DNA of 64,000 nt from an uncultured Chloroflexota bacterium (GTDB lineage Bacteria; Chloroflexota; Dehalococcoidia; Lucifugimonadales; Lucifugimonadaceae). The DNA lies in assembly GCA_913042135.1 (NCBI GenBank), contig CAJWJL010000001.1, positions 29,540-93,539 on the forward strand, written 5' to 3'. Made by a program: the position numbers and the translations under genes. Positions within the stretch are counted from its first letter, which is position 1. Each line of letters starts with the position of its first letter. Below, piece by piece: positions 20,041 to 28,734 of the stretch. A model generated the notes under the pieces. It was not told the origin of the DNA, did not search any database, and saw nothing but the letters and a program-made list of their open reading frames with translations.

Positions 20041-20404
20041 GTTGACCAAACCATGCGCCAATTGTCCTTTCCGTAATGATGAGAGCGCTATTCACCTGGA
20101 GCCCGGTAGAAGGGAGGAAATCATTGAAGGCCTATTGTCCGGCCAAGACATGACGTTTCATTGTCATAAGACGGTTTACAGGGAGGACGGGCGAAACTTT
20201 GATGATGAAGGAAACTATCACCCTACAGATGTTTGCCAGTGCCCAGGTGCTGCTGCCGTTGCCAGAAAATATGGCCGTGACACTGTGATGGTTCAGGTTG
20301 CTACGAGGATGGGTGTAATACCTGAAGACCATTTCGATTCCGCCCTGGAACTGACCATCGGAAAAGACCAGCTTAACGTCGATCCGCAGAAAGCGAAAAT
20401 ATAG
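20024..20404 (+). CDS. Cys/His-rich (Zn-binding) phage/ICE-type protein
   Basis: KPCANCPFR...FHCHKT...CPGA motif; start at ATG 20024 with RBS gagga. Confidence 0.7.
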   Translation: MKNQFKLTKPCANCPFRNDESAIHLEPGRREEIIEGLLSGQDMTFHCHKTVYREDGRNFDDEGNYHPTDVCQCPGAAAVARKYGRDTVMVQVATRMGVIPEDHFDSALELTIGKDQLNVDPQKAKI

Positions 20405-20424
20405 AAACCGCCCGAATCCGCGAT

Positions 20425-20454
20425 AGTTGCTAGTTCGGGAACCCGTGAGATATT
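20425..20454 (+). promoter_or_regulatory. Conserved promoter motif AGTTGCTA-N16-GATATT
   Basis: AGTTGCTAgttcgggaacccgtgaGATATT upstream of the methyltransferase operon. Confidence 0.6.
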
Positions 20455-20491
20455 CGATGAAAAGGCGAATACATTTCACGAGGCGAAGACT

Positions 20492-20698
20492 ATGGATCTT
20501 TTTCCTGACTTAGAAACCACAATCCCAAGAACGCTATCGGAGCTCATTGGTGCCAAGGATAAGAAGGGGATTGTTGATCTGCTGCGTACTCTCCCACGCG
20601 ATCAGTTTGACGAAACCGTCTGGAAGGCTGGCCTATCAACAATAGGCCATCATCACGGCAGGCCAGCGATGATTGATCATGTTATGCGGCAGATTTAA
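20492..20698 (+). CDS. Hypothetical protein
   Basis: 68-aa ATG ORF preceding the methyltransferase. Confidence 0.55.
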   Translation: MDLFPDLETTIPRTLSELIGAKDKKGIVDLLRTLPRDQFDETVWKAGLSTIGHHHGRPAMIDHVMRQI

Positions 20699-20703
20699 AG
20701 GGG

Positions 20704-22410
20704 GTGAGCATGGATAACCAGTTTTACCCTACACCCGTATCCCTTGGTATTAAGGCCTTCAATAAGTTCAAGAACCGGAGAATCACGCGACTACTGGAAC
20801 CACAAGCTGGACGTGGAGATCTTGTGGATGTGGTGCATGAGCTTGCCTCGGGACGCTACAGCAAGGTTGAGGTGGATTGTTGTGAGATTGATTTTAATAA
20901 TCAGGCAATTATTCGGGAGAAGAAATACCGAATCGTTGGCCATGATTTTTTGTCATACCGGGGAGCCTGCCTTTACAGCCATATCTTGATGAATCCTCCC
21001 TTTGCTTCCGGTGTTCAGCATGTCCTTCACGCATGGAATCTTCTGTTCCACGGTGAGTTGGTGGCCATTCTGAATGCGGAGACGATACGCAATCCGTATA
21101 CAAAAGAGCGTCGTTTCCTGGTAGACATCATCGAGCAGCACGGATCTGTTGAATTCGTTTCTGAAGCATTCCTGTCACCGGATACACAGCGAAAGACCCC
21201 GGTAGAAGTAGCCATTATCCATCTTGAGAAGGAATCCAATTTCAAAGCGGAGTTCATAGACAACCTCAAGAAGGAAAAGGTTAAGGAGGGAATAAGAGCC
21301 GATGACATCGAGGTACCTAAAGATTTGGTCGTGCCCAAGTCAAAAATACAGAACATGGTCATTGCGTTTGAATGTGCTGTTGAGGCTGCCAGAAGCGCGG
21401 CTAAAGCGAACGCACGCGCCAATTATTACGCCAATATGTTAGGACGCTCGATTACTGATGAAACGACCAACTGTCATGATTCTGAAAGTTGCGTAAAAAG
21501 CGTAACTAGCGAACTGAATGAAGCCTATCTAAAGCTGAAGGAGCGGGCGTGGTCATCCGTACTCCGCTCAACGGAAGTCCTGGATAGACTTTCAAGTCAG
21601 GCACAGAAACGCTTGGAAAGTGAGTTTGCGTCCATCTGTGACCTTGAATTCACGGTCGATAATATCTACGGCTTCCTGCAAGGGTTGGTGGAACAACAAG
21701 GAACCATTCAGATAGAAATGATCTGCGACGTTTTCGACATGATCAGCAAGTATCATCCGGAAAACCGAGCCTACTATCAGGGTTGGAAGTCAAACCAGAA
21801 ACATAGGGTCAACGCCTACCGCGTTCTCATGACGAGGTTCATTATCCCCGCCAATCGCAGAGACTACTACTCATGGTCAAACAGTTTGGCATGGGATGAT
21901 CAACAGATGTTCACAGACTTCGATAAAGTGTTTGCGATGCTCGACGGGCAGCATCACTCAACGCCTTATGGTGTCGTGAACCTGTTTTGTGACAAGTACA
22001 AAGAGCTAAGCAGTGGTGAAAGGTGTTCAAGTGACTATTTCGACATTCGCTTTTATCCGAAAGCTGGGACATTTCATATCTTTCCGAGACGCAAGGACCT
22101 TATCGACAGATTAAACCGCATTGTCGGCAAACATAGGGCGTGGTTGCCTCAGAGCGATCAGGATGGTTCAACAGGTTTCTGGGAGCAGTACGACAAGGCC
22201 GAGGCGGTTACCCGTCGAATGGACCTAAGTAGACTGAATTCGTGGCGGCTGAATCACGGCAGCGATGGTGAAAAGGAGAGGGAAGCCACCAAGCTGCTGG
22301 AGCAGCATGAGATGGCTTTGGAGAGGCTGGGAATTGATTTTGACGGAAGCAATGCAATTACAGATCAACGCGATGATGAAAGGCAAATACCACTACTGAA
22401 GGCCTCTTGA
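20704..22410 (+). CDS. Orphan N6-adenine DNA methyltransferase with C-terminal DUF4942-like domain
   Basis: QFYPTP, motif I LEPQAGRG, motif IV MNPPF, C-terminal YFDIRFYPKAGTFH. Confidence 0.85.
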   Translation: MSMDNQFYPTPVSLGIKAFNKFKNRRITRLLEPQAGRGDLVDVVHELASGRYSKVEVDCCEIDFNNQAIIREKKYRIVGHDFLSYRGACLYSHILMNPPFASGVQHVLHAWNLLFHGELVAILNAETIRNPYTKERRFLVDIIEQHGSVEFVSEAFLSPDTQRKTPVEVAIIHLEKESNFKAEFIDNLKKEKVKEGIRADDIEVPKDLVVPKSKIQNMVIAFECAVEAARSAAKANARANYYANMLGRSITDETTNCHDSESCVKSVTSELNEAYLKLKERAWSSVLRSTEVLDRLSSQAQKRLESEFASICDLEFTVDNIYGFLQGLVEQQGTIQIEMICDVFDMISKYHPENRAYYQGWKSNQKHRVNAYRVLMTRFIIPANRRDYYSWSNSLAWDDQQMFTDFDKVFAMLDGQHHSTPYGVVNLFCDKYKELSSGERCSSDYFDIRFYPKAGTFHIFPRRKDLIDRLNRIVGKHRAWLPQSDQDGSTGFWEQYDKAEAVTRRMDLSRLNSWRLNHGSDGEKEREATKLLEQHEMALERLGIDFDGSNAITDQRDDERQIPLLKAS

Positions 22411-22520
22411 TCGAATAAATGCAAAAAAGTGGATTTAAGGGGTTGCTGGTTCAGAAAGACATGAGAGATTGAAAGTAACAAAGATGTTGAGTGCTCCTTG
22501 TGAGTGTGTTGAGTGAGGTA

Positions 22521-22546
22521 GGCCCCTTCGGGGGCCATTTTTCTTT
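22521..22546 (+). terminator. Intrinsic terminator-like hairpin
   Basis: ggcccc-ttcg-ggggcc followed by attttt ct ttc. Confidence 0.65.
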
Positions 22547-22562
22547 CTGACAGGTAATCGAT

Positions 22563-22748
22563 ATGACAGAACAAATGTGGAAGCGACAAGAAATCAATCT
22601 CAAAGGCAAGATAACCCGTCTCGCCAATAAGATGAAAAAAGCGGATATGTTATCGGACAAACTGGAGATTAATCGTCAGGTCAAGGAGGCAAGGGAAGCG
22701 CTTAAACAGCACCGGCTTAATTTCTTTGAGATGACATCTTCAAACTAA
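22563..22748 (+). CDS. Small basic helical protein
   Basis: 61-aa ORF with RBS aggt. Confidence 0.6.
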   Translation: MTEQMWKRQEINLKGKITRLANKMKKADMLSDKLEINRQVKEAREALKQHRLNFFEMTSSN

Positions 22749-22751
22749 ACG

Positions 22752-23003
22752 GTGGCTTTCATGGATATTGTAATTCAGAACATAAGCCTTCTCACGGTCG
22801 AGCGGGGAAGACTTATGCTTTGCATCCCTACCGAAGATGGGGCTCATACTTACCAGCAAATTGATAACCCCTATTTTATTGCTCGCATTAAAAGCGCTGC
22901 CACCAAGGATTCGAACGGTAAAGCCAGTATCACAATCACTATATCCGGTTCTGATGGCGGCAGTGCTGTTTCAAGCAGTGGTCAGGAGGATAATCAGGAA
23001 TGA
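22752..23003 (+). CDS. Hypothetical protein
   Basis: 83-aa ORF in operon context; start uncertain (22752 GTG or 22761 ATG). Confidence 0.5.
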   Translation: MAFMDIVIQNISLLTVERGRLMLCIPTEDGAHTYQQIDNPYFIARIKSAATKDSNGKASITITISGSDGGSAVSSSGQEDNQE

Positions 23004-23292
23004 ATAACCAAACAGCCTTCTCTTCGGTAGAGGAAGAAACGGCGCGTGTGAGATTCGGTCTATCGTACTCCATATATTGGCTCCAGCGGTCGAGGCTGCA
23101 TACGATGTCGTCAAAGACGAATACCAAGATCCATTTGATTGGGAGTTTGTACCGGCGTTTCTTGATCTGGCAGAACCTGTCCTGTCCCGTGGACTATGGG
23201 CAATTACGTCGATTGAAGCAGAGCGGATAGGTAAAGAGATTCTTCTTCAGTATCAGCAAGTAAATGTGAATGGCGGAGGTGCAGATGAATAA
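23000..23292 (+). pseudogene. Probable frameshifted or internally deleted gene (MNNQTAFSSVEEETA / ACEIRSIVLHILAPAVEAAY...FDWEFVP)
   Basis: Good start at 23000, but the protein-like continuation lies in another frame from about 23044, which has an upstream stop at 23005 and no ATG. Confidence 0.55.
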
Positions 23293-23536
23293 GGCGGAAT
23301 ACGAGCATCTTCAGACGATGGTGCTTTTGATTGCCAAGCGCCATTTGCGGGAGTTTACTTCTGACTACATGAGAATCCTCTGCATCAAAAATGGTCTGAT
23401 AAAGGAGGACGTAACTGAGGACGACTTCGGTGGAAAGGTGATCGTTCCTTTGGTTAAGAGCCAACAGCTACAGCTAGTTCGGTCAATCCCTGCTGGACAA
23501 TCAAGCATTCCAGTCTGGGCATTAAGCGCACCGTAA
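23285..23536 (+). CDS. Hypothetical protein
   Basis: ATG 23285 with RBS ggagg; 83 aa. Confidence 0.65.
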   Translation: MNKAEYEHLQTMVLLIAKRHLREFTSDYMRILCIKNGLIKEDVTEDDFGGKVIVPLVKSQQLQLVRSIPAGQSSIPVWALSAP

Positions 23537-23584
23537 ACGCAGCCACGCTGGCACAAGGATGTAGAAATTGAGCATTTTAGAAAA

Positions 23585-23640
23585 GGGTCATCTGCTGGTG
23601 GCCCTTTTTTTATGTCTCCTAAAAGTCCCTCCAGTAAAAT
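23585..23640 (+). promoter_or_regulatory. Putative activator box GGGTCA-N8-TGGCCC + N30 + -10 TAAAAT (may double as a terminator)
   Basis: GGGTCA 23585-90, TGGCCC 23599-604, TAAAAT 23635-40. Confidence 0.6.
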
Positions 23641-23672
23641 ACCTTTGGACAAAACTAAGCATGGAGAAGCTC

Positions 23673-24305
23673 ATGAACACATCAAGAATCCTACTTCTGG
23701 TCAGCTTTGCCTCTCTTCTTTCTGCCTGTGGTGGCGGAGGGGGAGGATCGTCAAGCAATGGTTCGCAGACACCAAGCAACCTCAATCCGAGTGAACCACC
23801 GGAGCTGGTATTTGAATTTGCGCCGGAACCGATGCATCCCAAGGCCTTTAACTTGGCGGCATCCAGTGGTGAAGAAGAAAATCACTTCAGTCCCGGCGAT
23901 ACAGTAAGCTTGATCTGGAATGTGGATATTTACTATACAGATAACACTACGATTGGTTCCGGTGAGCAGTACCTTTACGATGCCAATGTCTATTTGAGTA
24001 CTGATGGCCAGGTGCAGGAAGAGGACCTGAAGTTGTTCACCATAGAGTGCTCTTTGCCGGGTACCGCTCAACATGCGTGTGCTGATACAGCGTCATTTCA
24101 ATGTGTCTATGCTCAGGACAACCAGAGTAATCTCAGTTGTACCAGTATCCCTCTGGATAAGCTGCATGGATTCAAAGATCTGTCTGTCGATACCAGCTCT
24201 TGGCTGGATGTAATACCCAAGGCGGCCAATGTGATTTTTCAGGCCTGTTTGAGAGATGAGCCTGAAACGTGTACTGAAGCGGTTTACCCGATTCAGCTTA
24301 ACTGA
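23673..24305 (+). CDS. Cys-rich lipoprotein (paralogue of 18140-18637)
   Basis: Start at ATG 23673 (RBS ggag); lipobox LSAC followed by a Gly/Ser linker; six Cys. Confidence 0.8.
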   Translation: MNTSRILLLVSFASLLSACGGGGGGSSSNGSQTPSNLNPSEPPELVFEFAPEPMHPKAFNLAASSGEEENHFSPGDTVSLIWNVDIYYTDNTTIGSGEQYLYDANVYLSTDGQVQEEDLKLFTIECSLPGTAQHACADTASFQCVYAQDNQSNLSCTSIPLDKLHGFKDLSVDTSSWLDVIPKAANVIFQACLRDEPETCTEAVYPIQLN

Positions 24306-24331
24306 GTGTTGTCCTGGATGTACTAACAATA

Positions 24332-24619
24332 ATGATAAGAGAAATACTTATGATGCCACCGACCTATATAGCAGGCTGTATTGATGAAGACCTACTCCAG
24401 GAATCAATGGAGGTCATGCTTAATACTGTATCTGCCAACTGTGAGTCTGGTTATCAACTCGACATCGATGTTTTGATCCGGTACGTCCAGGATGGAATGA
24501 CGCTTGAAACCTTCAACTTGCTGGTGCTCAACCTCAATAGAGAGTTGAGCACGCAGTTTCAGAAAGGCGGTGGATCATATGGCTTCGTTATGAACTATAA
24601 CCATGCCACTGTCCATTGA
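24332..24619 (+). CDS. Hypothetical protein
   Basis: 95-aa ORF in operon context. Confidence 0.5.
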   Translation: MIREILMMPPTYIAGCIDEDLLQESMEVMLNTVSANCESGYQLDIDVLIRYVQDGMTLETFNLLVLNLNRELSTQFQKGGGSYGFVMNYNHATVH

Positions 24620-24630
24620 TGGTAGTGAAT

Positions 24631-24972
24631 ATGGCCAAGAAAACCATCTTAGTCATTGACGACAACGAAATGATCATCAAAGCGCTTCGGGCGTTATTGG
24701 GCGAAGAGCACTTTGAAGTCTACGGGGCTGAGAACGGTGCTTTGGGTATTAAAGAGTATGCCAGAATTAAGCCGGATCTGGTTATCACTGATATGGAAAT
24801 GCCGGTGATGTCTGGGGAGAAAGTCATTGCGAGAATCAAGGCAGAGTATCCGTTACAGAAGGTACTTGCGATGTCGTCACGATCATCGAATGAAAACAAA
24901 GCCATGAACGCTGGCGCTACCCGGTTTATTAAGAAACCAGTCATGCCAGAAGATGTTATCCCTTACATCTAA
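24631..24972 (+). CDS. Single-domain response regulator (CheY-like receiver)
   Basis: ILVIDD, PDLVITDMEMPVMSG (phospho-Asp), AMSS, FIKKP; start could be 24619. Confidence 0.9.
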   Translation: MAKKTILVIDDNEMIIKALRALLGEEHFEVYGAENGALGIKEYARIKPDLVITDMEMPVMSGEKVIARIKAEYPLQKVLAMSSRSSNENKAMNAGATRFIKKPVMPEDVIPYI

Positions 24973-24994
24973 CTAAAATACTTTGAGATCACGC

Positions 24995-25255
24995 TCATTC
25001 AAGAAGGGATAGCAGACTTTCAGGGACAAACTCACGCTCAATCACCAAAGACCCATCGAACGTTCCGATGAGTGATGAAACGATGGGATCGTTCATTATT
25101 TCCGTAATTTCCATCGCTTTCTGAGGGTGCTTGCTTTTCAGGTGGAGCCATAGCGAATTTTTCTGCTGCGCTGATAGCCTAGAAACACATAATCCCGGCT
25201 CGTATCTGCCAGATGGAACGGGAGTAGGCCAGTTTGGTTTATTTTCTTTGGGCAT
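24995..25255 (-). CDS. Hypothetical protein (last gene of the minus-strand operon)
   Basis: MPKENKPNW... start at 25255, overlapping the upstream gene. Confidence 0.6.
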   Translation of the reverse strand: MPKENKPNWPTPVPSGRYEPGLCVSRLSAQQKNSLWLHLKSKHPQKAMEITEIMNDPIVSSLIGTFDGSLVIEREFVPESLLSLLE

Positions 25256-25763
25256 GAACGCAATCGTACTTAAATGCACAGCCACGGCACTTTCCTACAT
25301 TCGGCCATGCCTTCATCCTTACACCGGCTTTAGCTTGCCTGGTAAGTATTACGTATTCCTTGATCTCATTGAATAGAGCTTTGTCAGCACGCGGCAGCTC
25401 GATGTATTGTTCAGAGGTTGCTGTCTTAACGAGCAACCGCGTGACCTGGTAACCGTTTCCACGCGCTGCAAGAGCGGCACACTTTGCTTGCACCACATCG
25501 CTCTTGAATACTGGGCCGCGACGGCTTTTATACTCAACAGCCAACACGCCTCCGCGTACTCTGTACATGAGATCCGGCTTACCCAGTACCTCGAAGACCT
25601 GGTTAAAGAAGGGCTTTGTAGACCGGCCCTTGTCCATCCAAATAAGCTTGCCTTCAATACCAAGGTCGCTTCTGGACCTAGCAATGCGCCGGATGAAGTT
25701 GTAGAGAAGGGCAGCGGCAGCAAGTCCAAGCAGGCCATACAACAGAATGTCAATCATCCCCAT
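25239..25763 (-). CDS. Membrane-anchored Cas4/Dna2-like PD-(D/E)xK nuclease lacking the N-terminal Cys
   Basis: N-terminal TM; GKPD...VEYKS...Q catalytic motifs; C-terminal CRGCAFKYDC. Confidence 0.8.
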   Translation of the reverse strand: MGMIDILLYGLLGLAAAALLYNFIRRIARSRSDLGIEGKLIWMDKGRSTKPFFNQVFEVLGKPDLMYRVRGGVLAVEYKSRRGPVFKSDVVQAKCAALAARGNGYQVTRLLVKTATSEQYIELPRADKALFNEIKEYVILTRQAKAGVRMKAWPNVGKCRGCAFKYDCVHAQRK

Positions 25764-26166
25764 GCCTCTCCTGGATTCGACGAATATTCCAGTCCACGAA
25801 GTACCGCATGAACCTGGAGATCAAGGGTAATTTACGCGCTGCGATGACCAGGTAAGGGGATATGGCATAGTAAACCGTGATGAAAACCCTGCCTGTGGTG
25901 TGAGAAGCGAGCCTCTGGTCGCGATATTCCCTCAGTAGGCATGTATTGGGGTGGTCGCTCCCGTAGAGATGAGTTGCAACGAAACAGCGTCGGTCTTCAG
26001 CTTGAAGATTCAGTTCTTCATGACTGACTTCTCCCTTAGCCCTGGCTTCGATAGACTCTTGGGATGGTTTGGTCCGTTTTTCCTTCAGCTCCAGGTAATG
26101 AGGGCAATAGGATGCCCTGCCAACATCGCTGGCGGACACCCATTTTGACTTTCTGCTATTGCCCAT
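25750..26166 (-). CDS. Cas4-like N-terminal segment fused to a CFI-box-CTERM domain
   Basis: VSASDV...YCP...G...H, then CFVATHLYG...LREYRD..L....GRVFI..YY..SP. Confidence 0.75.
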   Translation of the reverse strand: MGNSRKSKWVSASDVGRASYCPHYLELKEKRTKPSQESIEARAKGEVSHEELNLQAEDRRCFVATHLYGSDHPNTCLLREYRDQRLASHTTGRVFITVYYAISPYLVIAARKLPLISRFMRYFVDWNIRRIQERHGDD

Positions 26167-27598
26167 GATTGTTGTCTTCCCGGCTTTGCCATTTCTTGAT
26201 GTTCAGGGATGAGACGTAGCCGTCCACGGTTACTTTAGTTGTATCATCTCGATACAAACTAGCAACCGCCTCATTGTCCATGCTCGACTTCTTAGAGCAG
26301 AAATAAACGATATTCACCAGAGCGTTCTGGTACCCGGTGATGTCGGTGATGCATCTTGATAATGCCTGGCGGACGGTGAAATCCATATTCACGGAATAGG
26401 CATCGTTTAATCGGGGATTGGCTGCGATATTGAGGACTGCTTTTCCGGAAGGTTTGAGACGTGAGCTCACCAGAGAGAAGAACTCAAAGGTGGATGTGTG
26501 CATCGGTATCGTGGCTGCATTTGTATACAGATCCACGACAATAACATCCCATATTTTTTCGCTGGTCAGCAGATAGGATCTGGCGTCCTGGGCTATGAAT
26601 TCACCTTTGATGGGTTCCTCAAGGAAATACTTCTCTGCAATTGGCTTGATCTTTGGGTCAACGTCCAGATAAGTAAAGTTTGCGCCGTGAGTATCTTCTG
26701 CCGAGAGGGTGAAGCCCCCGGCACCGAGTACCAGAATATCCTTCCCGGTCATGTCATCAGCAAATATGCCCTGTTTCATGATCTCAATGTACGGCCAACC
26801 TTTTCTGTCCTTTTCCCCGATGAATGAGGCGCTACTGCGATTGATGATGAACCGCTTGCCTTCCGGATGCTCTGCAACGTAGAAATTCGAGTAGGGGGTA
26901 GTCGCGGCGAACAAGCGATCTGGGATTTTTACGTTCAGCGTGAACGCGATAATCAGGAAAGAAAAAGTTGCACCAACCACATACTTCGTTTTGCTGTTGT
27001 TCCAATCAACCAAGAAACAGACGCATACCGCGAGGATCAGGCAATTGATGAAAATGGAGTACCCAACTCCAAGGAAGTACATGAGCAGCAAGGATGTGAT
27101 CAAACATCCAAGCACGTTACCAATCGTACTTAGCGCCGTGGCATTGCCCGTGGCTTCACTCTTGCGGGTGTCGTGGTCTGCGGTGTTGAGCAGTAATGGG
27201 ACGGTTTGCCCAAGAAAAAACACCAATGGAGACATTATAAGCAGGCTGAACAGGAATAGGTGGATCAGGGGATTGCCCAAATAGGGCGTTCCTTGGGTGA
27301 TGTCTGCGATGGACAGAAAAAAGAAGCTCACAAAGCTGTAGGACAACCCAATGCCAAACAGGGCGATGCTACCAACCAGGTTCATTACCAGGGACTTGGC
27401 ATACCGCTCAGAAGCCTGTTGGCCGCCCCAGTAGTACCCCAATGCCAGAGCACCCAGGAAACAACTGATGATGATTGAAGTGCAAAGCACCGAGCTGCCA
27501 ACGAAGGGTACTGTCTGGCGGATGGTGATCATCTGCAATCCGGAGCTGGCCAGCCCCTCAAGGAGCAGGATGAGAGCAGCTTTCCGCTTGGTCGTCAT
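26156..27598 (-). CDS. Fused membrane domain/spermidine synthase-like (class I SAM-binding) protein
   Basis: About 7 TM segments, then ILVLGAGGFTL, YLDVDP, QDARSYL, DVIVVDLY...IPMH..T.EFF; start 27598 or 27610. Confidence 0.85.
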   Translation of the reverse strand: MTTKRKAALILLLEGLASSGLQMITIRQTVPFVGSSVLCTSIIISCFLGALALGYYWGGQQASERYAKSLVMNLVGSIALFGIGLSYSFVSFFFLSIADITQGTPYLGNPLIHLFLFSLLIMSPLVFFLGQTVPLLLNTADHDTRKSEATGNATALSTIGNVLGCLITSLLLMYFLGVGYSIFINCLILAVCVCFLVDWNNSKTKYVVGATFSFLIIAFTLNVKIPDRLFAATTPYSNFYVAEHPEGKRFIINRSSASFIGEKDRKGWPYIEIMKQGIFADDMTGKDILVLGAGGFTLSAEDTHGANFTYLDVDPKIKPIAEKYFLEEPIKGEFIAQDARSYLLTSEKIWDVIVVDLYTNAATIPMHTSTFEFFSLVSSRLKPSGKAVLNIAANPRLNDAYSVNMDFTVRQALSRCITDITGYQNALVNIVYFCSKKSSMDNEAVASLYRDDTTKVTVDGYVSSLNIKKWQSREDNNHGQ

Positions 27599-27633
27599 AT
27601 AAAACACCACTAAATAAATAATTATTGATGTTC

Positions 27634-27690
27634 AACATAGCGAGAAGAGGACTCAAATGCCGCAATAAATGGGTCAAAGGGCGGGGTCCC
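27634..27690 (-). promoter_or_regulatory. Putative activator box (reverse complement GGGACC-N8-TGACCC) + N31 + -10 TATGTT
   Basis: gggtca 27671-76, ggtccc 27685-90, aacata 27634-39. Confidence 0.55.
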
Positions 27691-28137
27691 TTTAAAGCCT
27701 TGCGAAGAGTGGATATTTGATGTAACTTTTATCGTGTGGTCGTATAGCGTCCATATTTCAATCAAAGGTGCCTTATCGAGTCACATAGACGGCACCGAGC
27801 TGAAAAGCTTGGCTCCAACTGAACAACCTTCCTCTGCCGTAGCACTCACGGCTGTATCAACATCAAGTCTACCTCCTAAAGCTCCAAGCATTTTACCTTC
27901 AAGGTTTTCACCTTTTACTCCAACTATTTCGTTTCACACCTTTTTCCAGGGCGTTTAGGCGTGTTCTCTGCACGTCCATAGAGAACAGCCCTAAACCACC
28001 TTCGTGTGTCTCCGAATCTTGTTGCTGTTGTTGTTTTGACAATGGCACCTGATAAGTACCCCCAATCTAGCCATGAAACGGGTACGAACGCTGCGGCGTT
28101 TTGGCTAAATACTCAACCAATTAATTGGAGACACTTT

Positions 28138-28374
28138 ATGTATAACTTCGATTTCAATGCGCATCAGCAGCTTTCCGGAAGTCCTAAGAACGATGTTCAG
28201 CAGGCTATCGCAAAAGCAAATGAAAAAGCTCATATGGGCAATTTCAAAGTGTGCGTAACTACAGCAGGTGATGTTCTGGTTCTGCCGGAATTCTCTGTTC
28301 TGATGAGGGATGATATTGCCGAGATCGTGTACGACACGGACCACGGTTATAGCTTCAAAACTTCATCAAACTAA
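28138..28374 (+). CDS. Small hypothetical protein (paralogue of 32575-32829)
   Basis: ATG 28138 with RBS ggag; 78 aa. Confidence 0.7.
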   Translation: MYNFDFNAHQQLSGSPKNDVQQAIAKANEKAHMGNFKVCVTTAGDVLVLPEFSVLMRDDIAEIVYDTDHGYSFKTSSN

Positions 28375-28385
28375 GGGGACAACAA

Positions 28386-28724
28386 ATGGAACTTATTATG
28401 CTTTGCATAGCGCTATTTGTTTTCTTCTTTGGGTCGGTTATTGCCATGCAGGCCATAGAGTTTGGATTTCGCGTAGGCGATAAAGCTCTGGAAGCCTCTG
28501 GTAAATTAGTAAAGCTGCCTTTCAAGATAGCTTTCAAGTTGATCTGCATTGCAGGCAAACACCTCATCAAGCGATTGATGAAGAACAAGCCTCAAGAAGT
28601 CACGATCAAGCCGATCGTCGCTGTTACACCGCTGGAACTTCAGCACATGCGTAACAACAACCTCCTTCAATCAGGAAAGCGCCAACCTGTACTGATTGAA
28701 CATCCTCCACAACAGACTAAATAG
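28386..28724 (+). CDS. Membrane-anchored hypothetical protein
   Basis: N-terminal TM; RBS aagggg. Confidence 0.65.
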   Translation: MELIMLCIALFVFFFGSVIAMQAIEFGFRVGDKALEASGKLVKLPFKIAFKLICIAGKHLIKRLMKNKPQEVTIKPIVAVTPLELQHMRNNNLLQSGKRQPVLIEHPPQQTK

Positions 28725-28734
28725 GAGATACATC

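Noticed and set aside
25239-26166. Cas4-like genes as evidence of a CRISPR-Cas locus
   Set aside because: No cas1/cas2 or effector genes, and no regularly spaced direct-repeat array seen in the window.
26156-27598. Calling the gene speE
   Set aside because: It is a membrane-fused, divergent SAM-binding protein; aminopropyltransferase activity cannot be inferred from sequence alone.
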